Source: Lingula anatina (lineage: Eukaryota > Animalia > Brachiopoda). Taken from it: a DNA stretch of 64,000 nt. Under the pieces are notes generated by a model. The model made no database searches and was not told the DNA's origin. It saw nothing but the letters and a program-made list of their open reading frames with translations. This document shows, piece after piece, positions 37,037 through 45,450 of the stretch. The position numbers and the translations under genes were made by a program. Location: contig CM120642.1 in the NCBI GenBank assembly GCA_051362555.1, positions 4,402,001 to 4,466,000 on the forward strand, in the 5' to 3' direction. Position 1 is the first letter of the stretch; each line of letters starts with the position of its first letter.

Positions 37037-38138
37037 ACAGAAATCATGTATGCTTGCATGTGGTCAGGCAATGCTGTGCTAGGATATATGCATGGTAAAT
37101 AAATATGAAATTTGTCAATGGGAGGAAGACTAAGACAAAGAGCTGGAATGCAGCTATAGTGGCCCTGGAGATAGTGGGTCCTGGTTAACAGCATTTACTC
37201 CCACTGGTAGTCAGTGCTAATTAAGTGACAGCCACATCGTATCTTTGCTGAACATTCAGAACATTGTTTCAGAGTTTGTGCCAGACCAGATGAGAAGCAA
37301 AGACTAGGCACTTTTTACACGTTTTAAAGTAGATAGCAAGACAATTGCATGAGTATGGGAGAGTTTACCTTAATTACCTCAATCACAAAGAAATATTTAC
37401 ATGGCATTTCAGTACTGTGAAACTGATAGAGGCGGACAAAAAGACTTCCACCCCTAAGATGTGTCAACGCGTCATTATTATTTTCATTTTATATTTCAGA
37501 TCTTATAAAGCAGTGATAACAAAAGTAAATACTGGAGAGCTCGAGTCTCGAGCAGAGTAGAAACAAAAATTGCCTACCGGTTCATTTTTAAACAAAACTA
37601 CACATTTAAAAAACAACATATGCACCACTGCTACCATTTAGATATTCTTTGCGATGCTCTTTCAAAAAGGGGTTGAATAAAATGCTGCTTTTACTGTAGC
37701 CGATTAACTATATCAATTGTTTTTTAAAACCTCTACGTCTTCTCTCCTCCACAACCAGCCTCGAGGCTTTTCATTCCTTCATCTAATGAAGAGTAAAGTC
37801 CGCGAAAGACGTCTTTTGAGCTTTGGCACGTGTGCAACAACCAACCGGCCACGAGAAATCTACCTACTTTCCGGAAATAAATCCTTCGAGTCTGTGGTCA
37901 GCAATTTTAAAGGAGTTTATCTGTCTGAAAAGGTGGACCCTTTTCACCAGGAAACCCACGCGTGTCCAGAGAACTTAGATCAAATTTCAATTTAGAGCGA
38001 ACCTTTTCAGGCTTAGGGCCTACAGGGTGTAGTTTTTTTCCCTAACTCCCAGAATCACCCTACCTACGGAACTAACCTACCTTGTTTTGTGCACTCAATC
38101 CCATAAAGAAACAATGCTAACCAACCCAACACCAGCAT
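195..38138 (-). CDS. VgR: Vitellogenin receptor / yolkless-like LDL-receptor-related protein, multi-exon, 3' end beyond the left edge of the window
   Basis: Manually spliced exons (5'->3'): 38138-38081 (signal peptide [16 protein letters not shown]), 36455-36309, 35712-35593, 34980-34849 (3 LDLa), 34194-33990 (2 EGF), 33263-33109, 32481-32377, 31438-31264, 30073-29869, 29192-29000 (YWTD propeller 1), 28457-28329 (EGF), 27694-27481, 25433-25343, 12045-11945, 10525-10316, 8270-8098 (propeller 2: VFYSD, VYWTE, LYFSDWG, LYWCD, IYWTDW), 7621-7499 (EGF), 5683-5570, 5055-4942, 4662-4423, 2542-2423, 1879-1760, 1235-~1059, 311-195 (8 LDLa). Intron phases are consistent throughout; introns are GT-AG except one probable GC-AG. 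Domain order matches the insect/tick VgR plan; orthology is inferred, not tested. Confidence 0.9.
1493..1670. mobile_element. Possible small inverted-repeat element (MITE remnant)
   Basis: tcactcattttacacct (~1493) is inverted relative to aggtgtaaatgagtga (~1655); no clear TSD. Confidence 0.3.
2650..4110. repeat. 176-bp tandem satellite array (~7 units) in VgR intron
   Basis: ATCAAGAACTGCTCAAAGTCCA recurs at 3545, 3721 and 3897 (period 176); AATTCAAAGCACC recurs throughout; interrupted by a GPCR fragment. Confidence 0.9.
3308..3485 (+). pseudogene. Fragment (TM5 end-ICL3-TM6) of the nested GPCR family, with in-frame stop
   Basis: gttgctccagcaacttccacagagaacttgcc...gctaaaactgaacttcagcttaccaagacaatgtttctcttgatgct...tttgcaacc matches ~23889-24070; CAG->TAG at ~3398. 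Confidence 0.9.
4276..4387 (+). mobile_element. Truncated copy of MITE family A (GGCGGAT termini)
   Basis: gataatttggaagacagtcagaaaatatctctgaatccgctcctg matches the 3' half of 49438-49605. Confidence 0.75.
5105..5236. repeat. Facing (AC)n and (TG)n microsatellites
   Basis: (AC)~18 at 5105-5140 and (TG)~19 at 5199-5236. Confidence 0.85.
9311..9383 (-). pseudogene. tRNA-derived Pol III-type head (SINE or tRNA pseudogene)
   Basis: Minus strand reads TGGCCGAGTGG (A box), GGTCTGATTCCC (degenerate B box), then a T12 run; no full cloverleaf seen. Confidence 0.4.
9795..10245. mobile_element. Degenerate inverted-repeat element containing a partial copy of the 11019-11303 MITE
   Basis: ggtaacaacaatggg (~9813) vs cccattgttgttacc (~10217); 9995-10135 resembles the left arm of 11019-11303 (ccacggcctaaatatggc...catgaaa). 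Confidence 0.45.
11019..11303. mobile_element. PIF/Harbinger-type MITE (long hairpin, TAA TSD)
   Basis: GGTCGCATTCACATCG...CGATGTGAATGTGGCC with ~100-bp inverted arms; TAA at 11016-11018 and 11304-11306. Confidence 0.8.
11704..11860 (-). mobile_element. MITE family A copy
   Basis: CAGTGGCGGAT...ATCTGCCGCTG termini; reverse complement of 49438-49605. Confidence 0.8.
14543..14703 (+). mobile_element. MITE family A copy upstream of GPCR 1
   Basis: gccatcttctgggtcttccggaa...gataatttggaagactgtcagaaaatatctc; absent from the homologous flank of GPCR 3. Confidence 0.75.
14983..16035 (+). CDS. Intronless rhodopsin-class (class A) orphan GPCR, copy 1, 350 aa, nested antisense in VgR intron 13
   Basis: N-terminal NxS/T sites, seven hydrophobic segments, TM1 GN, ECL1 W and TM3 Cys (DWDIGQRLC), DRY position FQRC, TM4 W, ECL2 Cys, helix-8 LRKAI and terminal Cys. 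Confidence 0.92.
   Translation: MMLDNNNRTHLESFKDFSLINESGFQRELLQNGTQTLAMESVSVSLRVLIVSLKGIFVILGAMGNMSIVAAILQIPKFHKSAHYILICSLTFNNAMVSFLETFPQFLAFTIPDWDIGQRLCTFSFYVKLPLLTTSALLLALIGFQRCILISSKPGNAMVNKLKSSRYIGGLIALAWLLPMLFIIQTTFVCRGKIIRYSPESLLCMYDIRKKHCDSMAFFMVLYVAASVIMLVCDGIIIFKMKKLKEKVAPAQNASTSTDSLPSQQQQPSFLAKTELQLTKAMFLLMMNSFICNLTPSLVLNLISIGPEAHIVASLLFQLSRTMDAIILYGKNRSLRKAIQTLYKSCFCKA
16227..16378 (+). mobile_element. MITE family A copy downstream of GPCR 1
   Basis: CAGGGGGGATTTAGGCC...CTGGATCCGCCCTTG; absent from the flanks of copies 2 and 3. Confidence 0.8.
18530..18795. repeat. ~30-bp degenerate minisatellite (CAGCAGCAGTCATCTCTCAGAGACCCTCGA)
   Basis: About 8-9 imperfect units between GPCR 1 and GPCR 2. 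Confidence 0.75.
19307..20362 (+). CDS. Intronless class-A orphan GPCR, copy 2, 351 aa
   Basis: Close paralog of copy 1; same motifs, intact ORF. Confidence 0.92.
   Translation: MMLDNYNRTHLESFEDFSFINESGNQTEILQNGTQTLAMESVSVPLRVVILMLKGIFVILGAVGNTSIVAAILHIPKFHKSAHYILICSLTINNSLVSFLETFPQFLAFTIPDWDIGQRLCTFSFYVKLPLLTTSALLLALIGFQRCIVISSKPGNAMANKLKSSRYIGGLIALAWLLPVLFIIQTAFVCRRKLIRYNPESLLCMYDNRKNHCNSMAIFMVLYVAASVIMLVCDGIIIYKMKKLKEIVAPVQNPTSTSTENLQPQQQQPSFLAKTELQLTKTMFLLMLNSFICNLTPSLVLNLISIGPEAHIVTSLLFQLSRTMDAIILYGKNTALRKAIQTMYKSCFCKA
21270..22145. repeat. Degenerate repeat with GACCTTGA/CCTTTGACC cores (Helentron-satellite-like remnant)
   Basis: ccttgaattt..cctttgacctacttttcaccatgaactgcactt at ~21328 and ~22023; gttactgttgaacttgaat repeated. 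Confidence 0.5.
23203..24243 (+). CDS. Intronless class-A orphan GPCR, copy 3, 346 aa
   Basis: Close paralog with a shorter ICL3; intact ORF. Confidence 0.92.
   Translation: MMPDDFNETYLEFFEDFSLINESGFQTEFLQNGTQTLSMESVSVPLRVVILTLKGIFVILGAVGNTSVVAAILHIPKFHKSAHYILICSLTFNNAMVSFLETFPQFLAFTIPDWDIGQRLCTFSFYVKLPLLTTSALLLALIGFQRCIVISSKPGDAMANKLKSSKYIGGLISLAWLLPVLFIIQTAFVCSGKVILYSPESLLCMYDIRKKHCDSMAIFMVLYVAASVIMLVCDGAIIYKMKKLKEIVAPATSTENLPPQQQQPSFLAKTELQLTKTMFLLMLNSFICNLTPSLVSNLISIGPEAYIVASLLFQLSYTMDAIILYGKNTALRKAIHAMFKPCFCKA
25025..25122. mobile_element. Truncated copy of the palindromic element at 41853-42091
   Basis: atctatctagctagagacatatctgtgaatatc...ccctggtagagggta shared; contains the hairpin centre agatggtcatttag..ctaaatgaccatct. 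Confidence 0.8.
25156..25334 (+). mobile_element. MITE family B copy with 5-bp TSD ACTTT
   Basis: CAGGCCTGTAGCCAG...CTGGCTATGGGCCTA; ACTTT on both sides; 8 bp from the donor at 25342. Confidence 0.8.
26020..26415. repeat. Diverged ~220-bp tandem duplication
   Basis: gtgcagca...cagcaa.tccaaatatctca...tttacaagatcaca.tg occurs twice. Confidence 0.6.
30661..31028. mobile_element. MITE family C with 5-bp TSD CATGA
   Basis: CAGTGTTC...GAACCCTG termini, internal ttcaagg(t)act repeats, CATGA at 30656-30660 and 31029-31033. Confidence 0.75.
32738..32830. repeat. ~46-bp perfect tandem duplication
   Basis: agtcaaatatggcagttacctccaaaattttgggacatattattca x2. Confidence 0.8.
34258..34443 (-). repeat. 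Degenerate tandem copies of the acceptor end of VgR exon 5
   Basis: ttgtgactacat...catccttgacc...gtatgt...cacacatttcta and gtacacacaaatcca repeat the 34119-34257 segment. Confidence 0.7.
35240..35592 (-). repeat. ~63-bp degenerate tandem copies of the donor end of VgR exon 3
   Basis: cacactcaccacaatgc recurs at ~35435, 35521 and 35584, with variants at 35241, 35288 and 35352. Confidence 0.8.
36176..36261. repeat. (AT)n microsatellite
   Basis: Pure dinucleotide run. Confidence 0.95.
36983..37034. repeat. (GT)n microsatellite
   Basis: Pure dinucleotide run. Confidence 0.95.
37890..38072 (+). mobile_element. Old degenerate MITE family B copy next to the VgR exon-1 donor
   Basis: cagcaattttaaagg...ctgaaaaggtggaccctttt...tagatcaaattt shared with 55019-55186. 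Confidence 0.5.
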
Positions 38139-38199
38139 GTCTACACAAGTAGCTGCCAGACCTGCGTGGAACAGCGAAAGATTGTAACAACCGATGGAG

Positions 38200-38345
38200 A
38201 GATGGCGACCTAGCGCTCGTTCGACAGTCCACACGGGTGGATGAATGATTGAATGAATGGAGCAGGTCGTTCTGCTCGAGTGAACCTTGAAACGGTGGAA
38301 GCAGGTGATTGGATGAAAAAGGATGTTATTATGACGTCAAATGGG
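38200..38345 (-). promoter_or_regulatory. Putative VgR proximal promoter
   Basis: CpG-enriched segment upstream of the ATG with CCAAT (GATTGG ~38307) and a CRE palindrome TGACGTCA (~38332). Confidence 0.35.
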
Positions 38346-39525
38346 CAGAGATGATTTGGGCATTGTATGTAATTTCAGATGGAAATGGGGGGCATGTTGA
38401 CTTGCTTACTCTCACACCACCTTTTCGGTCTATTGGAGTAACGGGGGGAGGTGAATTCCATTTCGGAACAGGTTTTACATATACTTTTGTCCCATGTTCT
38501 ACTTACCTTTGCCAATTCAGACATTTAAAAAAATTAAAAAAAATCTTATAATAGTGCGGGGTACCTGATGTCGATATTTCCTTTTTCGGCCATATTTAAT
38601 CCGCGGATCATCTGGCTAATAATGATATGACAGTGTGTAGTAAAACTAGTGTGTTGTGCTGCGCTTCACATACTGCAGGGCAAAATGAGAGAGTGAGGGA
38701 GAGAGAGAGAATAGGGGCAAATAATTGGTGTAAAAAAATAACTGTAAACTGGTCGCTTTTTCCTTAACTCCATTTTAGCCTTAAATTTCACATTAATCAT
38801 TTCCACAAAAAAAAGCTTCCAGATCATTTCTTGAAGTTGTGCAGCCCCAGCAGTGCTACATTACTATATACATGTATCAACAAAATAGATTTAAAAAAAG
38901 AAATCCCCGCTTGCAAATAAATGGACAAAACACCCTAAGTTTCAGGTGCCAATGGGAACTTCTCTCTCCAGACACACTCGACAGAGGCATGGTGATAGAA
39001 AACAGGATGAGTGTCCATTGTTCTCTGAAAGGGTGATATATAAGAAGACCGACAAAATCAAGGTTTGTCTGGAGAAATACATGGGACAATAGATCAATGC
39101 AAATTAACTCATGACACACAGGGGGGGAAATCAAACTTTTGTTATAAATAAAAACGCCATTCAAGGTTAAATATTAAAAGAGACTAAACAAATCATCATA
39201 AGAAAACAGACGTTCGACTGTGTATCTACAGGATATAGGAAGCATACACAAGTGCCCAGTACTATCGCACCAAAATATTACCCATCCAGGTGGTGGCTTA
39301 TTTAGTTGACCGCTACAATAACGGACCGGGGTTATTGGCAGAGCGCGTCATGCCCCATCCTTGCCCCCTCCCCCCCCCCCCCCCCCTCAAAATATCAATA
39401 CAGCAAAACGAGATAGTACACATTACTTATTACTGTAGAGGCCATCTGAGTGATAAAATTAGTTCCATGCAAAAAAAGTATTTAAAATTGTCATAAACAT
39501 TAGTTGCCGACGCAGCAATGTGTAC

Positions 39526-39591
<66 letters not shown>

Positions 39592-39596
<5 letters not shown>

Positions 39597-41252
39597 TTGA
39601 CATTTAATATGGAATATTTCAGTTTCGAAGGTATGCCTAGGTAAAAATGCGTTCTTTTTTCAAAAAACTCCGGTCTCATATAAGACATGTGAATGGAGAA
39701 GTGTGTAGTTAGGTGTGTAGCTACCAACTAACTAAATACCAGGTTTGTTGCACTGCTGCATTATGTAATATTCAGTGATTTAATTGGGTAGTGCTTATTT
39801 GGGCAGGTCAAAGCTTGGCTTTGGCAAAGCATGGTTCTGTCAAAAAAGTATCCATATGTCGGCAATTACTGTATCGAAGAATTTGAAATTTTGCATGCAA
39901 GTGGCCAGCTTTGCAGTGTGTAAAATGAGCTATGCAGTGCTTTACAAATTTGTTAATCTGTGGCATAATGGCGCGAAAAAGACAGACATAACCAGACAGA
40001 TAATTGCGCCAAATGAAACGGTCCGCACAGTTTTATAGAGTAATGCCTAGTCTGATGTACCTACACAGAGGCCACACCCAATGTATTGAAATCTTACCAC
40101 CAGGGTACAGAATCCACTGTCTTTCGGGATATGCTGTTGCAACTAAACAAAAACCACCCAGTCCGTTCAGAATGAGGGGTAAATTGCCACCAAAACGCAT
40201 TTTTCAAGGCCCGTAGCGAACACCAAACTGTTTTTAGCAGGTTAGAATACCAGACGACCTCCGAGGAACCCACTGTAAACAGCAAAAAAATCGTTGTACG
40301 TTTCTCTAATGAACTGGAGACCTTGACCGTTTCTGGATTGAACACTGAATCCTCGTGGCTTTCTTTATTGAGGTCAGATTTCACCTGTACCGCTCAACTA
40401 GTCAAAAAAGATTTTACGGACATCCATAACAGGCCAACGACGAAGCGTGTGCCTCGTCTAAAGTGACTAAGGTCATTAACAGCGTCACTATTTGGCGTGG
40501 ATACCACATTGGTGCCAAAACAACAATGGAAGTCATCGACGAAAACCTGAACCAGATCAAATAAAGGAATAATCTGGGAACCACTTGACTATCATTTGAT
40601 AAGGGGGAACTTAGGAACAATTTTAGGTTGCACGGTGAGATTGCCGGTTCACACAGGGTACTTTTAATAGCAGATTAGTTACAGAACCAAGGGAATGAGC
40701 AGCTGCCTTGGTCATCAAAATCGCCATATTTGAACCACATGGACAATATGTAGGTAGGCCATTACTCGCCGAATCAATGGCCTACATGTCCTACAACAAA
40801 ACTGAACCAAATTGGACAGGTTTTGACCGATGCCAGGAATGTTATTCCAGATTGAACTCTAAAAACCTATCCCAAGGAGTGCCTTGCCACTTGAGAGCGC
40901 TGATAGCAGCCAGAAGAGGTCAGGCATAACAGCGACCGTTACTATGACTGGACACTGACATGAGGGTCTTTTGTGGAGTATGTAACTCTTTTACAGACAA
41001 TGATTTGGAAAATATGGAGATCCAAAATATCTCTTTTAATGGTTGTCGTATGACATAAAATAGGCAGTGTGTTTTTGTTTGCTTCTCTGGCGAATTCCAT
41101 TAATGAACTGATGTCACAAAGACATCAAAGAGATAATTAAAAGCTATTAAAACACGATTTCAGTCCTTATTTCCATTTTGCAGTCACCAAAATAGGAAAA
41201 AACTGATGAAAAATGATTTGGAAAAAATATTCCATATTAAATGTCAAGTCTG
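39592..41252 (+). mobile_element. Decayed Tc1/mariner DNA transposon (~1.66 kb) inside a (TA)n tract
   Basis: ~28-bp TIRs (C/T)AGACTTGACATTTAATATGGAATATTT; TA flanks; relic LPWSSKSPYLNHMDNM* (~40703) resembles Tc1 WPSxSPDLNPIE; IAARRG resembles the Tc1 C-terminus; many stops. Confidence 0.85.
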
Positions 41253-41323
<71 letters not shown>

Positions 41324-41852
41324 GGTATGTTTTTTTTTTGTTTTTGTTTTTGTTTTTTTTTTTTTTTTTTTTTTGTTTGTTTGTTTGTTTTTTTTAATGA
41401 ATTTGGAGATAGAGAGAGATGTAAAAATACACTTTAGGATGCTCATTTAATTTGACGAATTTTCTATTTAAATCACTGCACGACAAAGGGTGCATATATA
41501 GACATTATTTAAAAAAACGATAAATCATTGCTTGACGTACCCGTACCTGGATTCCATCTTCAATACAATATTTAATTAAATAATTGAGTTTAAAAATATA
41601 TATTTTTCAAGCGAGTAGAGCATACATTTAAATAACAGCTGAAATGTATTGTTTGGGATGTGATTGTGAAAAGAGGACGTTTTGGGGGAAGTATTTGTAT
41701 TGTGCAACCTCTCCAAAACCATATATAGGCCAATCTTTTTGCAGGCTATCTTGAGCCATTGAATCAACAGCAAAATCATACTCACAAAAATCCCGATTGT
41801 CAATATTGACAAGGAGTAGAATTCTCTTGGTATTCTTATGACAGAGTAGGTC

Positions 41853-42091
41853 TACCCTCTACCAGGGCGACTGATAGATTTTTACGGATATTCACAGATA
41901 TGTCTCTAGCTAGATAGATTGTCATTTTAACTCTAAGTGATAGATTTTTACGGATATTCACAGATATGTCTCTAGCTAGATAGATTGTCATTTTAACTCT
42001 AAGTCACTTAGAGTTAAAATGACAATCTATCTAGCTAGAGACATATCTGTGAATATCCGTAAAAATCTATCAGTCGCCCTGGTAGAGGGTA
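41853..42091. mobile_element. Near-perfect palindromic MITE (TACCCTC termini) with an internal 66-bp duplication
   Basis: TACCCTCTACCAGGGCGACTGATAG...CTATCAGTCGCCCTGGTAGAGGGTA; GGTC duplicated on both sides (or TAGGTCTA if the TA is host sequence). Confidence 0.85.
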
Positions 42092-42109
42092 GGTCTATAT
42101 ACTCACTTC

Positions 42110-42169
<60 letters not shown>

Positions 42170-43064
42170 TGAAATGACCTCACCTGGATAGTTATTTTCG
42201 GACAAACACTAGAATCAGTTTGAGACTTTTCTGTTTCCTGAACACAAGTGAAGTTCACATCAATTATTCACTAATGATGACAAGAATAAACAAGTGAACA
42301 AGGTCATTAACAAACTGCTTAATCACAGAATGAACAGTTAAACAAATGAACAAATACAATGTATGGGGGCGTTTTATGTATATATCATACAAAAATTTTC
42401 AGAGTCAAATGTCAAATGTCTAAAAGATTATGTATAAAACTTGTCTACTATTCCGTTACACTTTCAATGTTTATAGAAATAGTGCCGTCATATTTCGCGC
42501 GCGCACTCGCTCTCACAAACACGCGATTACACATGCCTGAATTTGTTCGTGCTTTCACGGTCTAATATTTCCTTGGCGTCTCAATCTATAATCTCCTATT
42601 TCATAGAAAAGGCCTGCTGAATGATGATGAATTACTTCCATGAAAAAGCCTTGCTGGACAGACCATAACTGCTGATATCTAGTAAAAAAACAATCTGTGG
42701 CACTAATTGAGGGAAGTAATCTCCATCTATCACAATATAGAATCGCCTTTGCATTGTATCATCAGCGTACCGTGCAGCTGGTCAGAAAACGGAGTGTAAC
42801 CGAGGTCCTTTCCTGAAACGACCGTTAATTGAAAGTTAAAATTCAACTTGAAAAGTTCCATAACAAATGCGTATTTTCCCCATCAGATTTCTCTGGCTCC
42901 CTTATTACACATATTCTTATTCGCAGAATCCTGACGCAGAGTCCTTTATATATAACCCTTAATTTGTCTGAACTTCAAAAACGGTTGCTATACAGGTCGC
43001 AAGCCTTGACATGTGAAAGTACCTTCAGTTTTCCAGGTAGGAGATGACTCCACACGTTACACCG

Positions 43065-43186
43065 TGACGTCATATAATTCGCATCAAGGTGACGTCACAT
43101 ATACTTCAAGACACCACCACACTTACGTTAAAAATGGCATCACATGAACAAAACGTCAGCGCCTTCAGAATCGATTTCAGGTGAGT
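43065..43186 (+). promoter_or_regulatory. Double CRE + TATA followed by a short ATG-containing exon and strong donor (candidate alternative first exon)
   Basis: TGACGTCA 43065-43072, TATAA 43073-43077, GTGACGTCAC 43089-43098, aaaATGG 43134, AG|GTGAGT at 43180/43181. Confidence 0.4.
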
Positions 43187-43225
43187 GTTTGTGAAACCCC
43201 TCCCAGCAAAAATGGGGGGGGGGAT

Positions 43226-43640
43226 TTAGGATTTTCAGGGGGTTTAGAATGTTTGGGGATCTCAGGAAGTTTAGGAGGTTCAGAATGTTCAAGGGTCTCA
43301 GGAAGTTTAGGAGGTTCAGTAGGTTCAAGGGTCTCAGGAAGTTCAGGGGTCTCAGGATGTTCAAGGGTATCAGGAAGTGCAGGAGGTTCAGAATGTTCAA
43401 GGGTCTCAGGAAGTTCAGGAGGTTCAAAATGTTCAAGGGTCTCAGGAAGTTCAGGGGTCTCAGGATGTTCAAGAGTCTCAGGAAGTTTAGGAGGTTCAGT
43501 AGGTTCAAGGGTCTCGGGAAGTTCAGGGGTCTCAGGATGTTCAAGGGTCCCAGGAAGTGCAGGATGTTCAGAATGCCCAAGTGTTTCAGGAGGTTCAGAA
43601 TGTTTAGAGGCCTCAGGAAGTTCGGGAGGTTCTTGATGCT
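43226..43640. repeat. 9-bp-based higher-order minisatellite (TCAGGAAGT/TCAGGAGGT/TCAAGGGTC variants)
   Basis: 9-bp subunits grouped into 36/45-bp blocks; produces stop-free ORFs in four frames. Confidence 0.85.
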
Positions 43641-44513
43641 CAGGGCATCCAAGAGATTGCGATGCGCCCTCCTTGGCTCCTAAAACGATTCTGGCTCCTT
43701 TTTTCACATTAAGAATAAATTGTTTCGCCTGAAAAGGACAAATGTAATTGCAATTTAGATATTTTTTAAACATATTTTATTTATTTATTTATTTGTTTTT
43801 TTTGGGGGGAGGGGAGTTTGACAGGAATGGCAGTTTGCTAGAACCGCAGAACGTTATCTGTGTACGTGTCTGCGTCTGCGGGGGGGGGGGGGTATAGGAA
43901 GTGAGTTAGTAAGTTCCTTGTGAACCTATACTAGCTAGCCTACCTTTCTTTTCCAAAGTTGCTGTTTGTGATAATGAATTTGTAACACCACACATTCGCT
44001 CGTTCCCTTATCCACATCGTCAACCTGAATTGTGAAGTTAAAACGCTGTTTACTGCCCATTTTTGCGTAAATCTACTGTTGTCCAAGTGGCTGTAGTACG
44101 TGTACCAATGCGAGTCCGCACGCAGACATAACTCACTTTGTTAGTTGGTTTGTTTTGCCTTTGCTTGTTTTGACGTGGTGTAAGATAAAGAAAAAAAGAG
44201 GACAAGGAGCCGTGTCAACACTGATCACGTACTATCTATTGTATCAAGTGGGCCCATGAGGACACTCAACCGGGATTTTAATTCTAAAATGGTGTTTACG
44301 AACACTAGATAATATTATATAAGGTACATGTATAAAAGCATTTTGTTGAGACAGAGGGGAGAAGGTGTTATTGGGGGAAGAGAGGGGCAAGTCTATGTGT
44401 GTGAGGTTTTTCTGTGTTTAATATAACCAAGATTGTATCTAACGTTGCATAAGATAATTTCGTTATTGGAATGATGGCAGATAAAGCGGTATGCTACATG
44501 TACTAGTAAGTCA

Positions 44514-44983
44514 ATTCAATTCAATTCAATTTATTTCTGTACTGGTACATAGATTGTCATGACCTTGTACAATATGATATACAAATGACGATACATTACA
44601 GTTAGTGCATTACCATCTTTATATAATGAAGATAAGTACTAGTAAAATTACTCATAAAATATTCTGTCTAAGCAATGAGATAAACCTTGGTGTGATTATA
44701 AATTTACCATAAACATACTATAAACATGTTACACAAAAAAAAATGTTTTTAAAGAACTTAAAACCACTGTTACATAGCTGTTTACATGGCTGTTTGATGA
44801 CATTGATAATTACGATTAATGACAATTACATAAGACAGATAAGTAAATAAGTTACACAGATATAAATATTGTGCCATGTTCAGTCCCACTGCCGAGTCAC
44901 TTCTCACAACAGTGGGACCATACACTGACATTTTAAGGGATATGCTAAGAGTTACCAAGCAGAGCAACCACTTCACTTCTTTT
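44514..44983 (-). mobile_element. 5'-truncated non-LTR retroposon (SINE or LINE 3' end) with 11-bp TSD
   Basis: TSD CTAGTAAGTCA at 44503-44513 and 44984-44994; minus strand ends AATAAA+(TTGAA)n. Confidence 0.75.
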
Positions 44984-45275
44984 CTAGTAAGTCATGTTAA
45001 GTAATCTATTGATGAATTGTTTATTAACCTGTCCTCTGGCGCTAAAGTTCATCGCTGCGTTTACATCTTTCAAGGTTGACAAAACACGTTAACTAATCAG
45101 TTTCAAGTACATCCTCCTATCTTATCAACCGATCGCTACAAAAATTTGTACGTAAATGTTTCTAAGTTATTGTCTTTTGAACTGGACAGTCCTTTGTAAT
45201 ATGGAGTAATTGAAAGCCCATAAAATCAGAAGGAACTCTTCATTCATAAAAGAGAAATTTGAGATATCCTTCTGT

Positions 45276-45450
45276 CAGGCCCGCAGCCGGGGGGGGGGGG
45301 GGGGGGGGGGGGTTCGAAAGAACCGCCCCTTTTGCTGGGAAAAGGTCCACTCTGGGTAAAATTTGATCTAGGTACATGAAGTATTTATGGAAAAAGGTCC
45401 ACTTTTTCATAAAAAGAACCCCCCTTTTGAAATTGCTGGCTACAGGCCTG
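45276..45450 (-). mobile_element. MITE family B copy with TTCTGT flanking duplication
   Basis: CAGGCCCGCAGCC...GGCTACAGGCCTG; reverse orientation relative to 55019-55186. Confidence 0.85.

Noticed and set aside
41206-41450. IYIYIY / poly-F ORFs (also at 36121 and 39500)
   Set aside because: Translations of (TA)n and T-rich microsatellites
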